Below the pieces are notes generated by a model. That model worked only from the letters and a program-made list of their open reading frames with translations. It ran no database searches and was not told where the DNA came from. This document shows positions 1 through 10,166 of a stretch of 64,000 nucleotides of DNA, in pieces. This DNA is from a virus (lineage: Duplodnaviria > Caudoviricetes). The position numbers and the translations under genes were made by a program. How positions within the stretch are numbered: the stretch's first letter is position 1; each line of letters opens with the position of its first letter. The DNA lies in the IMG/VR virus record IMGVR_UViG_3300027759_000044. The stretch is one strand, 5' to 3'.

Positions 1-1
1 T

Positions 2-919
2 GAAGGTCCGTTCCCAGCAGAAGTTGATCCTGCTACGGGAAAATTACCTCTTGCTAAAAGAGGTAAAAGAAAAGGACTACCGGTAAGTGATACATTAAAG
101 TATTATGCCGGTAATGAAAAAAATCTTCAACCTATGAGTCGTAATAGATATATCGCATATTTACCAACTGTACCGTTTGGTCCTGGTATTAAGAGTGGAA
201 GTGAGTTCCGTGCATTATGGGATAGATTTACTAAAGTTTTATTAGATCCAAAATCAACTCCCGAACAAAAATCTAAAGCAACAGAACTTAAAAAAGAATT
301 GGTTATGAACATGTATCCTGCAACTCAGGAGAATCCTAGATTAGCTGTCAATGTAGTTAAACTTATGGATAAAGGTATGAGCAATCCATTAACTAATAAA
401 TCAGATTTAGCAGAAGGATTATTAAATGAATTTGTTCCGCCAAGTAGCGGTGGGGGTGGCGAGAATGATAGAAATCGTAGAATAAGAAAACTATTAGAAA
501 TTGCTATACAAGTAGCAAAGCAAAAAAATGTTGATGAATTGGGTATGATACATGCTATGAATATGATAGCAGGTGATGACTTTTTTAGTGTAGCAGTTGA
601 AGGTATACTACCAGATATAACAGATAAAGAATATATGTTCGTACTACAGAGTGCCTATAAAACAGTAAAGCAAGGTTTGGCGGAAGCAGAAAAAACAGCC
701 AGAGTCTTTCACCCGCAATATGTAGATGTATACTTCTTAGATGGACCTAGAAGAACTCCTATTCTAGTTAATCGTAAAGTACCATATAATTTAATTGATA
801 GATATTTAGAAGTAGCTATTAAAAAATACAATCTACAACAGGGTCGTTTTGAGTTTAGAAACGCAGAAGAAGATCCAGTTAAGGTTACCGAAAGTGTGGA
901 TTATTTAGAAGAAAAATAA
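2..919 (+). CDS. 5'-truncated modular phage protein (Glu-linker family)
   Basis: Frame is open from base 2, upstream of the ORF-track Met at 134. Contains linkers LNEFVP, QGLAEA and VTES like neighbouring modular proteins. Confidence 0.75.
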   Translation, partial: EGPFPAEVDPATGKLPLAKRGKRKGLPVSDTLKYYAGNEKNLQPMSRNRYIAYLPTVPFGPGIKSGSEFRALWDRFTKVLLDPKSTPEQKSKATELKKELVMNMYPATQENPRLAVNVVKLMDKGMSNPLTNKSDLAEGLLNEFVPPSSGGGGENDRNRRIRKLLEIAIQVAKQKNVDELGMIHAMNMIAGDDFFSVAVEGILPDITDKEYMFVLQSAYKTVKQGLAEAEKTARVFHPQYVDVYFLDGPRRTPILVNRKVPYNLIDRYLEVAIKKYNLQQGRFEFRNAEEDPVKVTESVDYLEEK

Positions 920-970
920 TTTGACCCCCTTGTTTTGATGTAAATAATACTATCTTAACAAGAGGATCAA

Positions 971-1915
971 ATGGCAACAAAGAAAACAACCGAATCAACA
1001 GCAACTGCTGTAAAAACAACTAAAGCAAACAAGTCAGAAAAAACAGTTCCTGTAGAAAAAGTACAAGAAATTGCTGAACAGGCTGCGAAAGAACAAGCAC
1101 AACAGGCTCCTGCAGCCGGTCAAGTTCAGGTTAACGTAGACTACCTAAAAACTACTAAAGTACATATCGCTATGCCATGTTATGGTGGTATGCTAACAGA
1201 ATCAACATTTATGTCTTTTATCAAGTGGGCTAATACAGCTCGTCAACTTGGTATTGATTGGACATTAGAAACAATGGTTAACGAAAGTCTTATCAGTCGT
1301 GCCCGTAATACACTAACTGCTAAGTTCCTAGATATGCCAGACGCAACACATTTATTCTTTGTTGACGCTGACATTGGCTGGGAGCCATGGCATCTACTAG
1401 TTCTATTGAACCGTGACGTTGATGTTATTGGTGGTTTGTACCCAATGAAGACAATGCCAATCAAATGGGTTGTTAATGGCTTTGAAGGTGCTGAAGAAGG
1501 ACCAGATGGATTACAAGAAGTATCTAAAGCAGGTACAGGTTTCTTATTAATGAAGAAACATGTATTTGAGAAATTAAAATCTCATCCGGCGGTTAAGCAA
1601 TATAAAAACGACATTGGATTAGATCCAAAGTATGACCAACACTTAAAGACCTACTTTGATACAGCAGTTCGTCAAAATCGTTACTACAGCGAAGACTGGA
1701 CATTCTGTGAAAACTGGCGTGATATTGGTGGTAAGATTTGGATGGACAAACGTGTGTTGCTACGTCACTCTGGATCATATGTATTCTGTCAGGAAAATCA
1801 AGAACACTTAATGAAAACAATTGGACCTATGTTTATACAAGAACAGCAAGAAAAATTTGGAATTAAGTTCACCGATAAAGACGGTAACGAAATAAAGAAA
1901 ATAACCCCTGCATAA
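971..1915 (+). CDS. GT-A fold glycosyltransferase-like protein
   Basis: HIAMPCYGG start, ESLISRARN, FFVDADIGW (DxD), GTGFLL and SEDWTFC are typical of phage GT2-like proteins. SD GAGG upstream. Confidence 0.75.
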   Translation: MATKKTTESTATAVKTTKANKSEKTVPVEKVQEIAEQAAKEQAQQAPAAGQVQVNVDYLKTTKVHIAMPCYGGMLTESTFMSFIKWANTARQLGIDWTLETMVNESLISRARNTLTAKFLDMPDATHLFFVDADIGWEPWHLLVLLNRDVDVIGGLYPMKTMPIKWVVNGFEGAEEGPDGLQEVSKAGTGFLLMKKHVFEKLKSHPAVKQYKNDIGLDPKYDQHLKTYFDTAVRQNRYYSEDWTFCENWRDIGGKIWMDKRVLLRHSGSYVFCQENQEHLMKTIGPMFIQEQQEKFGIKFTDKDGNEIKKITPA

Positions 1916-1946
1916 TAAAGCCCCGAAAGGGGCTTTATTCTTTTTA
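1914..1946 (+). terminator. Rho-independent terminator
   Basis: AATAAAGCCCC-GAAA-GGGGCTTTATT 11-bp stem with GNRA loop, followed by a T tract, directly after the stop codon. Confidence 0.85.
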
Positions 1947-1947
1947 G

Positions 1948-1954
1948 ATAAATA
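1948..1954 (+). promoter_or_regulatory. T4-late-like promoter core (leaderless arrangement)
   Basis: ATAAATA 4 nt before ATG 1959; no SD. Confidence 0.6.
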
Positions 1955-1958
1955 CTCT

Positions 1959-3587
1959 ATGGACTTAAAAGAATTACATTCATTCAAAATGTCAGATGCA
2001 GTGACATTTCACGATAACCTCAATCCTAAACTGTTTCGTGGACAACATCTATGGCCTGAAGTAGAACTACAACTAAAAACAATAGCACAAGACTTTCTAC
2101 AAGAGATGGGTATACATGATTTGGATGTACGTGATATCACTATATCCGGATCTAACGCAGCCTACAGTTATACAGACCATAGTGATTTAGATTTACATAT
2201 CTTAGTCAATATGAAGGATTTGCCAGATGATGATATTTACCATGAATTCTTCAAAGCTAAAAAAGATTTATACAATGATTCACATGATATTACTATTAAT
2301 AGAATTCCGGTAGAATTATACATACAAGATGCGGCAGAACCTGTCACTAGTTTAGGTGAATATAGTGTTAAAGATAATAAATGGTTGCGTATGCCTGCAA
2401 AACGTAGAGCAAACTTTGACCAAACAGCTACTAAATCAAAATATATAAAACTATTAGACATTATTGATACAACATTACAATCTAATAAGATAGGCAAAGT
2501 CAATAAAATATTGAAGAAGATTAAACAATATCGTCAAGCTGGATTAGATAAAGGTGGTGAGTTTAGCCCTGAAAATCTAGCATATAAAGCATTACGTAGC
2601 CGTGGATATATTACAAAACTTTATGATTTAAGAGATAGGTTACATAGCAAACATTTAAGTCTGAATGGAATGTATTCTAATGTTAGTGAAAGTTTTGATA
2701 AACCGTATAAACTACTCAGATGGGAAAAGGGTGACTTTGGTGATGTAGACGCAATAGCACGATTAGATGACGGAACTTTTCTAAGTATCATGTTCAAGAA
2801 GGGATACAGTAAAGATACAAAAGAGGAAACATGGAGTGTTGTGTTTTGGAGAAACAATAGTCAAGAAGTCACGGGAGAAGGTGATTCTCAACGAGTATTT
2901 GCCACTGTGTTAAATGCTATACAAACATTTATTGAAAAGTATACGCCCAATAAAATAATCTTTGCGGCAAATAAAGTAGATGACACTGGACACGACACAC
3001 AAAGCAGAGCTAATCTATATGACAAATTAGTTCAGCGTTATGCCAAGTCTTGGGGATTTAAATCATTTAGAGCAGATAATGGCAATAAAGTTATCTACGA
3101 ATTGAGTAGGATAAAGAAAGATGTAGCAGAAGAATCGTTTGATGGCATAGAAATCTCTTTAGAAAAAGAAAATGATGAGATTATGGTGACAGCTATGGCA
3201 AATGGTAAAGAGTTAGGTCAAGTATTATTTGTAGAAGAAAATGGATATTTGTTACCACAAGATTTAGAAGTAGATGAACGTTACCGTGGTCAGGGTATTG
3301 CCTCTACTATGTATAACTATGTAAAAAGTCAAGGATATAAAATACGCCGTAGTGGTCAACAAACAGATTCAGGCGCCGGATTCTGGAGCAAACATCGCCC
3401 TGATCAAAATGTCTGGGAAGCATCAGGCTATATTCCTAGTGAAAAAGAGAAAAATAAACCACAATTTAGTACAGCATTAACATCAGATGTTAAGCCGGAC
3501 AGTATCAAAAAGAACGCAAAAGCATTCTATTGGAATACTAGTAGAGCAGGTATTCCACCAACAGCAAAGCCATCAGGCAAAATCTAA
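1959..3587 (+). CDS. Modular protein: Pol-beta-type nucleotidyltransferase + unknown domain + GNAT acetyltransferase
   Basis: SGSNAAYSYTDHSDLDLH (GS..DxD) and VELYIQD. C-terminal LEVDERYRGQGIAS is the GNAT acetyl-CoA motif A. Domains are separated by VSES, VAEES and VWEAS linkers. Confidence 0.75.
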   Translation: MDLKELHSFKMSDAVTFHDNLNPKLFRGQHLWPEVELQLKTIAQDFLQEMGIHDLDVRDITISGSNAAYSYTDHSDLDLHILVNMKDLPDDDIYHEFFKAKKDLYNDSHDITINRIPVELYIQDAAEPVTSLGEYSVKDNKWLRMPAKRRANFDQTATKSKYIKLLDIIDTTLQSNKIGKVNKILKKIKQYRQAGLDKGGEFSPENLAYKALRSRGYITKLYDLRDRLHSKHLSLNGMYSNVSESFDKPYKLLRWEKGDFGDVDAIARLDDGTFLSIMFKKGYSKDTKEETWSVVFWRNNSQEVTGEGDSQRVFATVLNAIQTFIEKYTPNKIIFAANKVDDTGHDTQSRANLYDKLVQRYAKSWGFKSFRADNGNKVIYELSRIKKDVAEESFDGIEISLEKENDEIMVTAMANGKELGQVLFVEENGYLLPQDLEVDERYRGQGIASTMYNYVKSQGYKIRRSGQQTDSGAGFWSKHRPDQNVWEASGYIPSEKEKNKPQFSTALTSDVKPDSIKKNAKAFYWNTSRAGIPPTAKPSGKI

Positions 3588-3612
3588 TAAGTTTCCATAT
3601 TATGGTATTTTG

Positions 3613-3619
3613 ATAAATA
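3613..3619 (+). promoter_or_regulatory. T4-late-like promoter core
   Basis: ATAAATA in the intergenic gap upstream of ATG 3643. Confidence 0.55.
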
Positions 3620-3642
3620 CACTATTAGTATGGAAATCCGTT

Positions 3643-5217
3643 ATGAAAATCAAACAAATCACTGAAAATACAACAGCAGGGTCAATAGCTACAGTAGAAA
3701 CCTCATTAGGTGGTACACAAAGTAGAGGAAATCCTAGCATATATGGCGGAAAGAAAGTAGGAACTCTATTCAAGGGTAAAAAGACTAAAGCCCCATATGC
3801 CAATAGCATCAATGAAAGTGCTGAACTAAGTGAAGCACAACTAGAAGAAGATGATGTTATTGTTGTTCCTGGACAAGGTCGTAGTCGTAAAAATGGATTT
3901 GTCCCACATGGACAAAGTCGTGTAGACCATGAAGTTGAAATGGCACGTAGTGATTTATTCAGTGCCGCAAAGAATGCTCAACAAGTTTATTCAATGATTA
4001 AAGATATTAGTGAAGATGAGGGTCTTGATGGTTGGGTACAAGAAAAGATTATCAAAGCTAATGACTATCTAAACACTATACGTGAATACTTAGAAGGTAA
4101 ACAAGTTCAAGGTGTAACAGAAAACAATCAAAGAGGTGATTCACTTGTTACTGACGCATTAAAAATAATGCGTGGTTCAGATTATCAAATGGATCCTGTA
4201 AGAGCAATAAAGACTGTGCTTGGGGAAAGAGAATACAATAGCCGTCGTGGTTTTTATAATTTCTATGTAAAACAACTAAGGGATATGTATGATCAGGAAG
4301 GTGTGGCGGAAGGTTCCAGAAACGCATATTTGAAACATAACAATTTAGTTGATATAGAAAAACCACTGGCTGGACTAAAAAGTGAGTTTGAGAAATTTTT
4401 ACAAACGCATGACCCTAAAGAAAAACAAAAATACCAACAAGGTATAAAACAACGAATCAAATCAGAACCAATGTTAGGACCAAAAGGCGTATTACCAGAG
4501 CAAGGTGTGGCGAAAGGCTATCAGTTAGATGAAGGTGCCGTTGAAACAATTACGGCATTAGTCAAGAAGATCCCTGGCATTGGCAAATATTATCAAATGG
4601 CTCAACAATACAAGCCACAACTGATTCAAATTCTAAAAACTAGTAAATCCGGTAAAGAAGTTAAACAAAAAATGGAACAGTTGGCAGCAAGTCAGTCTGT
4701 ACCGGTCGCTGAATCAGGTATGATGAAACAATTAGGTGGTTTGGCAGTTGGTGGTGGAAGTATTTTATCTACAATGTGGATGAATGCTATGGGAATGATT
4801 GATGGTGTGCTAGCACATGCGGCAGCAGGTGAGGTCGGTGGTGCAGTAGCATCCGGTAGTATCTTAGGATTAATTCCTGTAACACTAATGTTGTTTGCGG
4901 CAATGTTATTGTTCAAAGGATCACAACAAAGCAGTAATGAAAAAGCACAGGCATTTCAAGCACAACGTGGTCAGCAAGGTATGGCAGAAGGCAAACGTAA
5001 TTTGAAATGTGTATGTAAGACACATGGTACTATGCAATGTCCAGTACATACACCAAAAGATATTGAAGTAATAGAAGGTGCTAAAGTAGACCGTATGGTT
5101 AAGCATGTAGCACAATCAGAAAAGAAACTTGGTCATAGTAAAAAAGAAGCAGAGAACATTGCTTGGGCTACCGCTAACAAGCGTGGCATGTTAGATAACA
5201 AGAATAAGAAAGCGTAA
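3643..5217 (+). CDS. Modular phage protein with Glu-linker-separated domains
   Basis: Start moved from 3487 (overlaps the upstream gene) to MKIKQITE at 3643. Linkers INES, LSEA, QGVTEN, EGVAEG, QGVAKG, LDEG, QGMAEG and VIEG. One hydrophobic module and one CxCx6C module. Confidence 0.8.
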   Translation: MKIKQITENTTAGSIATVETSLGGTQSRGNPSIYGGKKVGTLFKGKKTKAPYANSINESAELSEAQLEEDDVIVVPGQGRSRKNGFVPHGQSRVDHEVEMARSDLFSAAKNAQQVYSMIKDISEDEGLDGWVQEKIIKANDYLNTIREYLEGKQVQGVTENNQRGDSLVTDALKIMRGSDYQMDPVRAIKTVLGEREYNSRRGFYNFYVKQLRDMYDQEGVAEGSRNAYLKHNNLVDIEKPLAGLKSEFEKFLQTHDPKEKQKYQQGIKQRIKSEPMLGPKGVLPEQGVAKGYQLDEGAVETITALVKKIPGIGKYYQMAQQYKPQLIQILKTSKSGKEVKQKMEQLAASQSVPVAESGMMKQLGGLAVGGGSILSTMWMNAMGMIDGVLAHAAAGEVGGAVASGSILGLIPVTLMLFAAMLLFKGSQQSSNEKAQAFQAQRGQQGMAEGKRNLKCVCKTHGTMQCPVHTPKDIEVIEGAKVDRMVKHVAQSEKKLGHSKKEAENIAWATANKRGMLDNKNKKA

Positions 5218-5218
5218 T

Positions 5219-8200
5219 ATGAGCAATATTCTAAAAGGTATATTAAACGAATCAAATCCCTTCTATGGGCACAATGATCCAGCCAGAGAATATGGAGCTG
5301 ATGATCCACCAAGATTTAACAAATCACGTTCTAGTTATCGTTCACAAGAAGATGATGATGAGTATGATCCGTATGGTTTAATAAGACAAGAAAAAGATTT
5401 TGCTAAAGGTCGTGCTATGAAGGCAGCGGCAGAAAAAGCACAACGTGATAGTGACCATGATAGATTAGCAACAGGTACAAATGAAGGTTTGGATGATCCA
5501 TGGGGAGATCAAGGTAACTTTGCAGGTGATAAGCCAGTTAATCTAGGCAATGTATCTATGAAGAACATACAAACAGGTGACACTGTTAAGTATCTTGGAC
5601 AATCATCACAAGTAGTTGCTATGAGTAAAGACCGCAAGTATTCTCGTATTAAAATTTCTAAAGGTATGGGTACTGTTACCCAAGATGTATTAACAAGTGA
5701 CTTACAACAATTAGGTCGTGGTACAGCAATAGAAGAAGATAATAATACTAGAATGAGAATGAATGATTACTATGATTTGGCAGATGCTATTCAGGAAAAA
5801 CTTAGAAATGCTATCAGAATGGGTAATAAAGAACTCATACAAAAATTAAACAAAGAACGTGATGAATTAGATGCACGTGTTAAACAATATGGATTGATGC
5901 CTGAATCACAACTAGATGAACTAGATACAAAGTTGGGTTTATATAAAATAGCAGCCGGCAAGGATGCTACTGCCGCCGATAAAGCAGGTGATTACACACG
6001 TGGTCATAAACGTTTCAAAGGTATTATGAAAGCAACCGAGAAAGAGTTTGCTAATGACGCAAAAAAGAAAAAAGATGCCGACGAAAAGAAATCTGCTATC
6101 AGTCAAGGTATAAATGAATTTTCTCCGGGTGCTACTGGCCCTAAAGGTCCTAAAGATTATGGTCAACCAAATAGCTCACGCTATATAGGTGGTAACAAGT
6201 TTGTAGTAGGTACTACTAACAACTATGTATTGACTGCAACAATAGACAAATGGGGATTAGAATGGGATGAGGATGATGAGATATGGTTCTTAGACAGTCC
6301 TGGTGCCGCTCATATTGCCGATGCTAGCGAAGGTGAAATAGAATTACCTCCTCCCCGTGAACAAAGAAATCAAATACATGATTTAGTAACTGATTATCTC
6401 AATGCTAGAAATTCTGCTGATTTACAAAAAGTAGCCGCATATTATGGTCACAGCAATGACGGTGAGATGGCAACAAATGAAGGTATAGAAGCACCTAGAT
6501 TTAACAGCAAGCAAGAAGTTATTAATCACTTTGTTAAAAACGGTAAAAGTGCGGCAGCAGGTGCAGCGGCATGGGAACGTGGTTATAGAGGTTCATCTAA
6601 TAAACCAATAGAGTTAAAGAAACCACCACAAAGAAGTTACCACGATGAACTAGATGATAAGCGTTATTCATCAATTGATGAAAATTTAGGTGATCAATTA
6701 AAATCTACATCATTTGAAGAATTAGTTAAAGCTAAATTAGCCATAGCGAGACAGATTGAAGCTGAAGCTGAAGCCTTTGAACGAGATTTGTATAAAAATA
6801 ACACGGTACAAAAAGCACAACAAGGTTTACGTAGAGAATTTGAACCAACACCAGTAGCACAGCCCGGTGAAAAGCATTCTGTATTAAAAGATAGATTAAA
6901 ATATTTAGATATTGCTAAACAAAAGTTTGAAGAAGTAAACAGATTAATTAATGCAATTAGAAAAAACTACCGACACTATGAAGTTGCAAACAAGATGGAT
7001 AAACTTGATAAGAGTCTACTACCATACGTTGAAGTTGGACCAAAAGATAATTATAAATCTTTATTTGTAAAATTAAGCAAAATTGAAACTGAGTTATCTG
7101 AACTGTATCCTACAGCAGCCGCTGCCGTAGCTAAGAAAAATAATCAAGGTGTAGCAGAAGGTTGGAGTCAAAAGTACAAGAGTAGTATCAACTGTAGTCA
7201 TCCAAAAGGATTTTCACAAAAGGCACATTGTGCTGGTAAGAAGAAACACAATGAGAGTATTGACAATATTATGGAGATGACTTGTCCTGATTGTGGTATG
7301 TGTGAAACTCATGTAGGCCATACTAATTTAGATGAAGCATGTTGGAAAGGTTATCACAAAGAAGGTATGAAAACCATGTTTGGAAAAGAATATCCAGACT
7401 GTAGAAAGAATAAAAAGAAAAATAAAACTAACAAAGAAGGTTTGGTGGAGGGCCCGGCGCTCTCTACGTCAACACTTACCGGTGAAATTCCTAGATTAAT
7501 GGGCATTCGAAAGAAAGAACAGAGAGACTTGATAGAAAAATATGCTCTCCACAACAGAGAGAAAGACTATTTTGAATTATTTGTAGAATTGTCAGGTAAA
7601 CCTATGCCTGAAATTTATAATATGAATGATTCACATCAGTTAGCGTATGAACTTTATAACTTAGGATCTCAAATTGCTAGTGATTGGCGCAATATTAGTA
7701 ACCCCGCATTCAGCCGTCGTGAATATCTCAACCAAATAATGAACGATTGGTATAATTTATTTAAAAAATCAATTCAAAAATACAAGAGTATGAAGCAAGG
7801 TTTGGCGGAGGAACAATTAAATGAATTGGATTTTTTTGCTCCTGTAACAACATTTATAAAAATGACTGATGGTAGTTATATTCAAGCAGATTGGCGCAAA
7901 AGCCAGGGTAATCCAGGACTTAGTGATTCCGCATCGTTTGTTAATTTTAAGCCAGTTAATCCAAATGTAGCAAAACAACTTGGGCTAGATAATTATCAAC
8001 GTAACAAATCTATCAGTAATTACAGAGACGGAACAATGGTCCCCGGAGGACCAATCCAAGGCAGTGGGCCTTTGGCTAATCGCGGATATGAAGTAGTAGA
8101 CTATAATAAACCAGAAACTATGGAAGAACTTCCGCCTGAAATAAAATCTGAATTAATAAAGTGGGTACAAAAGCAAAATGTAGTGGAAGAAAGTTGCCCA

Positions 8201-8650
8201 CATTGTAATGGCCCAATGTTTAGTGAAATGATAATGAATGAAAAGAAAGATGCTTGCTACTATAAAGTAAAGAGTCGTTACAAAGTATGGCCAAGTGCTT
8301 ATGCCAGTGGTGCATTAGTTAAGTGTCGCAATAAAGGCGCAAGTAACTGGGGCAACGGTGGAAAGAAAAATGAAAGTTCTATACTAGAAGGTATTAACCG
8401 AGCAGATGAAAGTTTACATGATTGGTTTAATAAAGAAAAATGGGTTCGTATGGATACTAAAGGAAAGATTAAAGGTCCGTGTGCTAGAGAACCAGGAGAA
8501 GGTAAACCAAAATGTTTGCCACAAAGTAAAGCACATAGTCTAGGTAAAAAGGGTCGTGCTAGCGCCGCTCAACGTAAACGTAGAGAAGATCCTAATCCAG
8601 AGCGTAGTGGTAAAGCTATCAATGTTGATACAAAGAAAAATAAAGGCTAA
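5219..8650 (+). CDS. 1143-aa modular phage polyprotein-like protein
   Basis: More than 15 xxE-[GSAND] linkers separate small modules, including Cys motifs CSHPKG..HC, CPDCGMC, CWKGY..DC, CPHC, CYYKVK..C and a C-terminal WF.EKWV..C module. Confidence 0.85.
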   Translation: MSNILKGILNESNPFYGHNDPAREYGADDPPRFNKSRSSYRSQEDDDEYDPYGLIRQEKDFAKGRAMKAAAEKAQRDSDHDRLATGTNEGLDDPWGDQGNFAGDKPVNLGNVSMKNIQTGDTVKYLGQSSQVVAMSKDRKYSRIKISKGMGTVTQDVLTSDLQQLGRGTAIEEDNNTRMRMNDYYDLADAIQEKLRNAIRMGNKELIQKLNKERDELDARVKQYGLMPESQLDELDTKLGLYKIAAGKDATAADKAGDYTRGHKRFKGIMKATEKEFANDAKKKKDADEKKSAISQGINEFSPGATGPKGPKDYGQPNSSRYIGGNKFVVGTTNNYVLTATIDKWGLEWDEDDEIWFLDSPGAAHIADASEGEIELPPPREQRNQIHDLVTDYLNARNSADLQKVAAYYGHSNDGEMATNEGIEAPRFNSKQEVINHFVKNGKSAAAGAAAWERGYRGSSNKPIELKKPPQRSYHDELDDKRYSSIDENLGDQLKSTSFEELVKAKLAIARQIEAEAEAFERDLYKNNTVQKAQQGLRREFEPTPVAQPGEKHSVLKDRLKYLDIAKQKFEEVNRLINAIRKNYRHYEVANKMDKLDKSLLPYVEVGPKDNYKSLFVKLSKIETELSELYPTAAAAVAKKNNQGVAEGWSQKYKSSINCSHPKGFSQKAHCAGKKKHNESIDNIMEMTCPDCGMCETHVGHTNLDEACWKGYHKEGMKTMFGKEYPDCRKNKKKNKTNKEGLVEGPALSTSTLTGEIPRLMGIRKKEQRDLIEKYALHNREKDYFELFVELSGKPMPEIYNMNDSHQLAYELYNLGSQIASDWRNISNPAFSRREYLNQIMNDWYNLFKKSIQKYKSMKQGLAEEQLNELDFFAPVTTFIKMTDGSYIQADWRKSQGNPGLSDSASFVNFKPVNPNVAKQLGLDNYQRNKSISNYRDGTMVPGGPIQGSGPLANRGYEVVDYNKPETMEELPPEIKSELIKWVQKQNVVEESCPHCNGPMFSEMIMNEKKDACYYKVKSRYKVWPSAYASGALVKCRNKGASNWGNGGKKNESSILEGINRADESLHDWFNKEKWVRMDTKGKIKGPCAREPGEGKPKCLPQSKAHSLGKKGRASAAQRKRREDPNPERSGKAINVDTKKNKG

Positions 8651-8652
8651 TA

Positions 8653-9093
8653 ATGTTATCAGATAATTTAAAAGTACTATTGGCTAGTACACAAAGTTTT
8701 GCTATCAAAACACAAAACTTTCATTGGAACGTGGAGGGAAGTAACTTCCCACAATATCACGATTTCTTTAATACACTGTATGAAGATGTAAATGCTACTA
8801 TTGATCCTATCGCTGAATATATCAGAATACTAGGTCAATATACTCCTGGCAGTTTGTCACGTTATACTGAACTAAGTATTATACAAGACCAAACTAAAGT
8901 TCCAAGAGCAGAACTTATGTTTGTTGAGTTACTACAAAATTGTGAAACAATGTCAGAACTTGTTGTTGCAATGTTTGATGAAGCTACAAATGAACGTCAG
9001 CAGGGTATTGCTAACTACATGGCTGAGTTACAAGACTTATACGGTAAGAAAGCATGGTTCATCCGTTCTACATTAAAAAGAGAACGTGAATGA
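8653..9093 (+). CDS. dps: Dps / ferritin-like DNA protection protein
   Basis: NFHWNVEGSNFPQYHDFF and DPIAEYIR are the Dps ferroxidase-centre motifs. Confidence 0.9.
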   Translation: MLSDNLKVLLASTQSFAIKTQNFHWNVEGSNFPQYHDFFNTLYEDVNATIDPIAEYIRILGQYTPGSLSRYTELSIIQDQTKVPRAELMFVELLQNCETMSELVVAMFDEATNERQQGIANYMAELQDLYGKKAWFIRSTLKRERE

Positions 9094-9722
9094 AAGCACA
9101 AGAGTTTATTATTGAAAATAACGATCAAGCCGCAGTAACTGCTCTGCAAAAAAAGCATGGATGGTCTACGGGTAGAACAGTTAATGGAGATCTCTATTTT
9201 ACCTGGCAAGGACTCGAATATGTGTTTTATGGTGAGCGTATGCGTATCAACGTCCCAAACACTGACCGCTCTATATCAGTTGTGTGGGGCAAAAAACCTG
9301 ATTGGCAAGGCCGAGGCAATGATGAAATCAGTTTTGCACAAGCAGTACAACGAAAAATTCTAAAATTTGACTTGGCAATTTGGCAACAATTGGACCGTGG
9401 CCAAATTAATGATTCACAAGCCCTACAAAAATTCAAGGTAGAAAACGAACGTCAGGCTAGAGAAGCAATTGCACAGGGTGCGACAGAAAGCATCAATGAA
9501 CAAGAAAATTCTAAAGTAGATTTGACACCTAATTATCCTAACTATGAAGTATTAATAGGAGAGTTTGTTGGCATAAGAAAAAATAGAGCAAGATTCTTAA
9601 TTGTAGCATCTGAACTTAAGCCGGGTGTGCGTGAGACTGATAATATATTCAGAGCAAAAACAACTAATACTCCAATCAGTATTGAGATTAGTAAAGTGAA
9701 AAATAGAACAGTAGTAGGATAA
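9090..9722 (+). CDS. Hypothetical protein with MKAxEFIIE leader
   Basis: ATGA overlap with dps. Leader and ATESINE linker match the modular family. Confidence 0.7.
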   Translation: MKAQEFIIENNDQAAVTALQKKHGWSTGRTVNGDLYFTWQGLEYVFYGERMRINVPNTDRSISVVWGKKPDWQGRGNDEISFAQAVQRKILKFDLAIWQQLDRGQINDSQALQKFKVENERQAREAIAQGATESINEQENSKVDLTPNYPNYEVLIGEFVGIRKNRARFLIVASELKPGVRETDNIFRAKTTNTPISIEISKVKNRTVVG

Positions 9723-9724
9723 AC

Positions 9725-10165
9725 ATGAAAAAAATATTAATAGCAATAACACTAACATTAACAACTATGGTGGCATTTGCACAAAAACAAAAGCCAATGA
9801 ATATATATGATTTCCCAATCACTAGAGTTATTGATGGAGATACTGTAGCATTTCAAGCAACATTCTTACCCCCGCCGTTAAAACAAGAACTAAGTATTCG
9901 TGTATTTGGTGTTGATACACCTGAAAAAGGTCATAGAGCGCAATGTCCAAGTGAAGATCAACGTGGTCAGGCTGCTACTGCATTTACAAAAAATGCTATC
10001 ACTAAAGCACAGAAACGTCAAGTAGCTATTGCTGATTGGGATAAGTATGGTGGACGTGTATTGGGTGATATATTACTTGATGGACAAAGTTTAAGAATGA
10101 TGTTAATACAGAATGGATTTGCAAGAGAATACTACGGAGAAGCTAAAACTTCTTGGTGTAACTAA
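9725..10165 (+). CDS. Thermonuclease (SNase-like) with signal peptide
   Basis: RVIDGDT, IRVFGVDTPE, DKYGGRVLG and N-terminal signal ending AFA. Confidence 0.9.
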   Translation: MKKILIAITLTLTTMVAFAQKQKPMNIYDFPITRVIDGDTVAFQATFLPPPLKQELSIRVFGVDTPEKGHRAQCPSEDQRGQAATAFTKNAITKAQKRQVAIADWDKYGGRVLGDILLDGQSLRMMLIQNGFAREYYGEAKTSWCN

Positions 10166-10166
10166 C

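Noticed and set aside
921-950. sigma70 promoter upstream of the GT-A gene
   Set aside because: TTGACC has no acceptable -10 at 17-nt spacing; only a weak late-type GTAAATA is present.
3487-3642. ORF-track N-terminal extensions (also 10247, 18920, 36876, 43957, 56043 and others)
   Set aside because: They overlap upstream genes or promoter elements; downstream ATGs fit SD, promoter or coupling evidence better.
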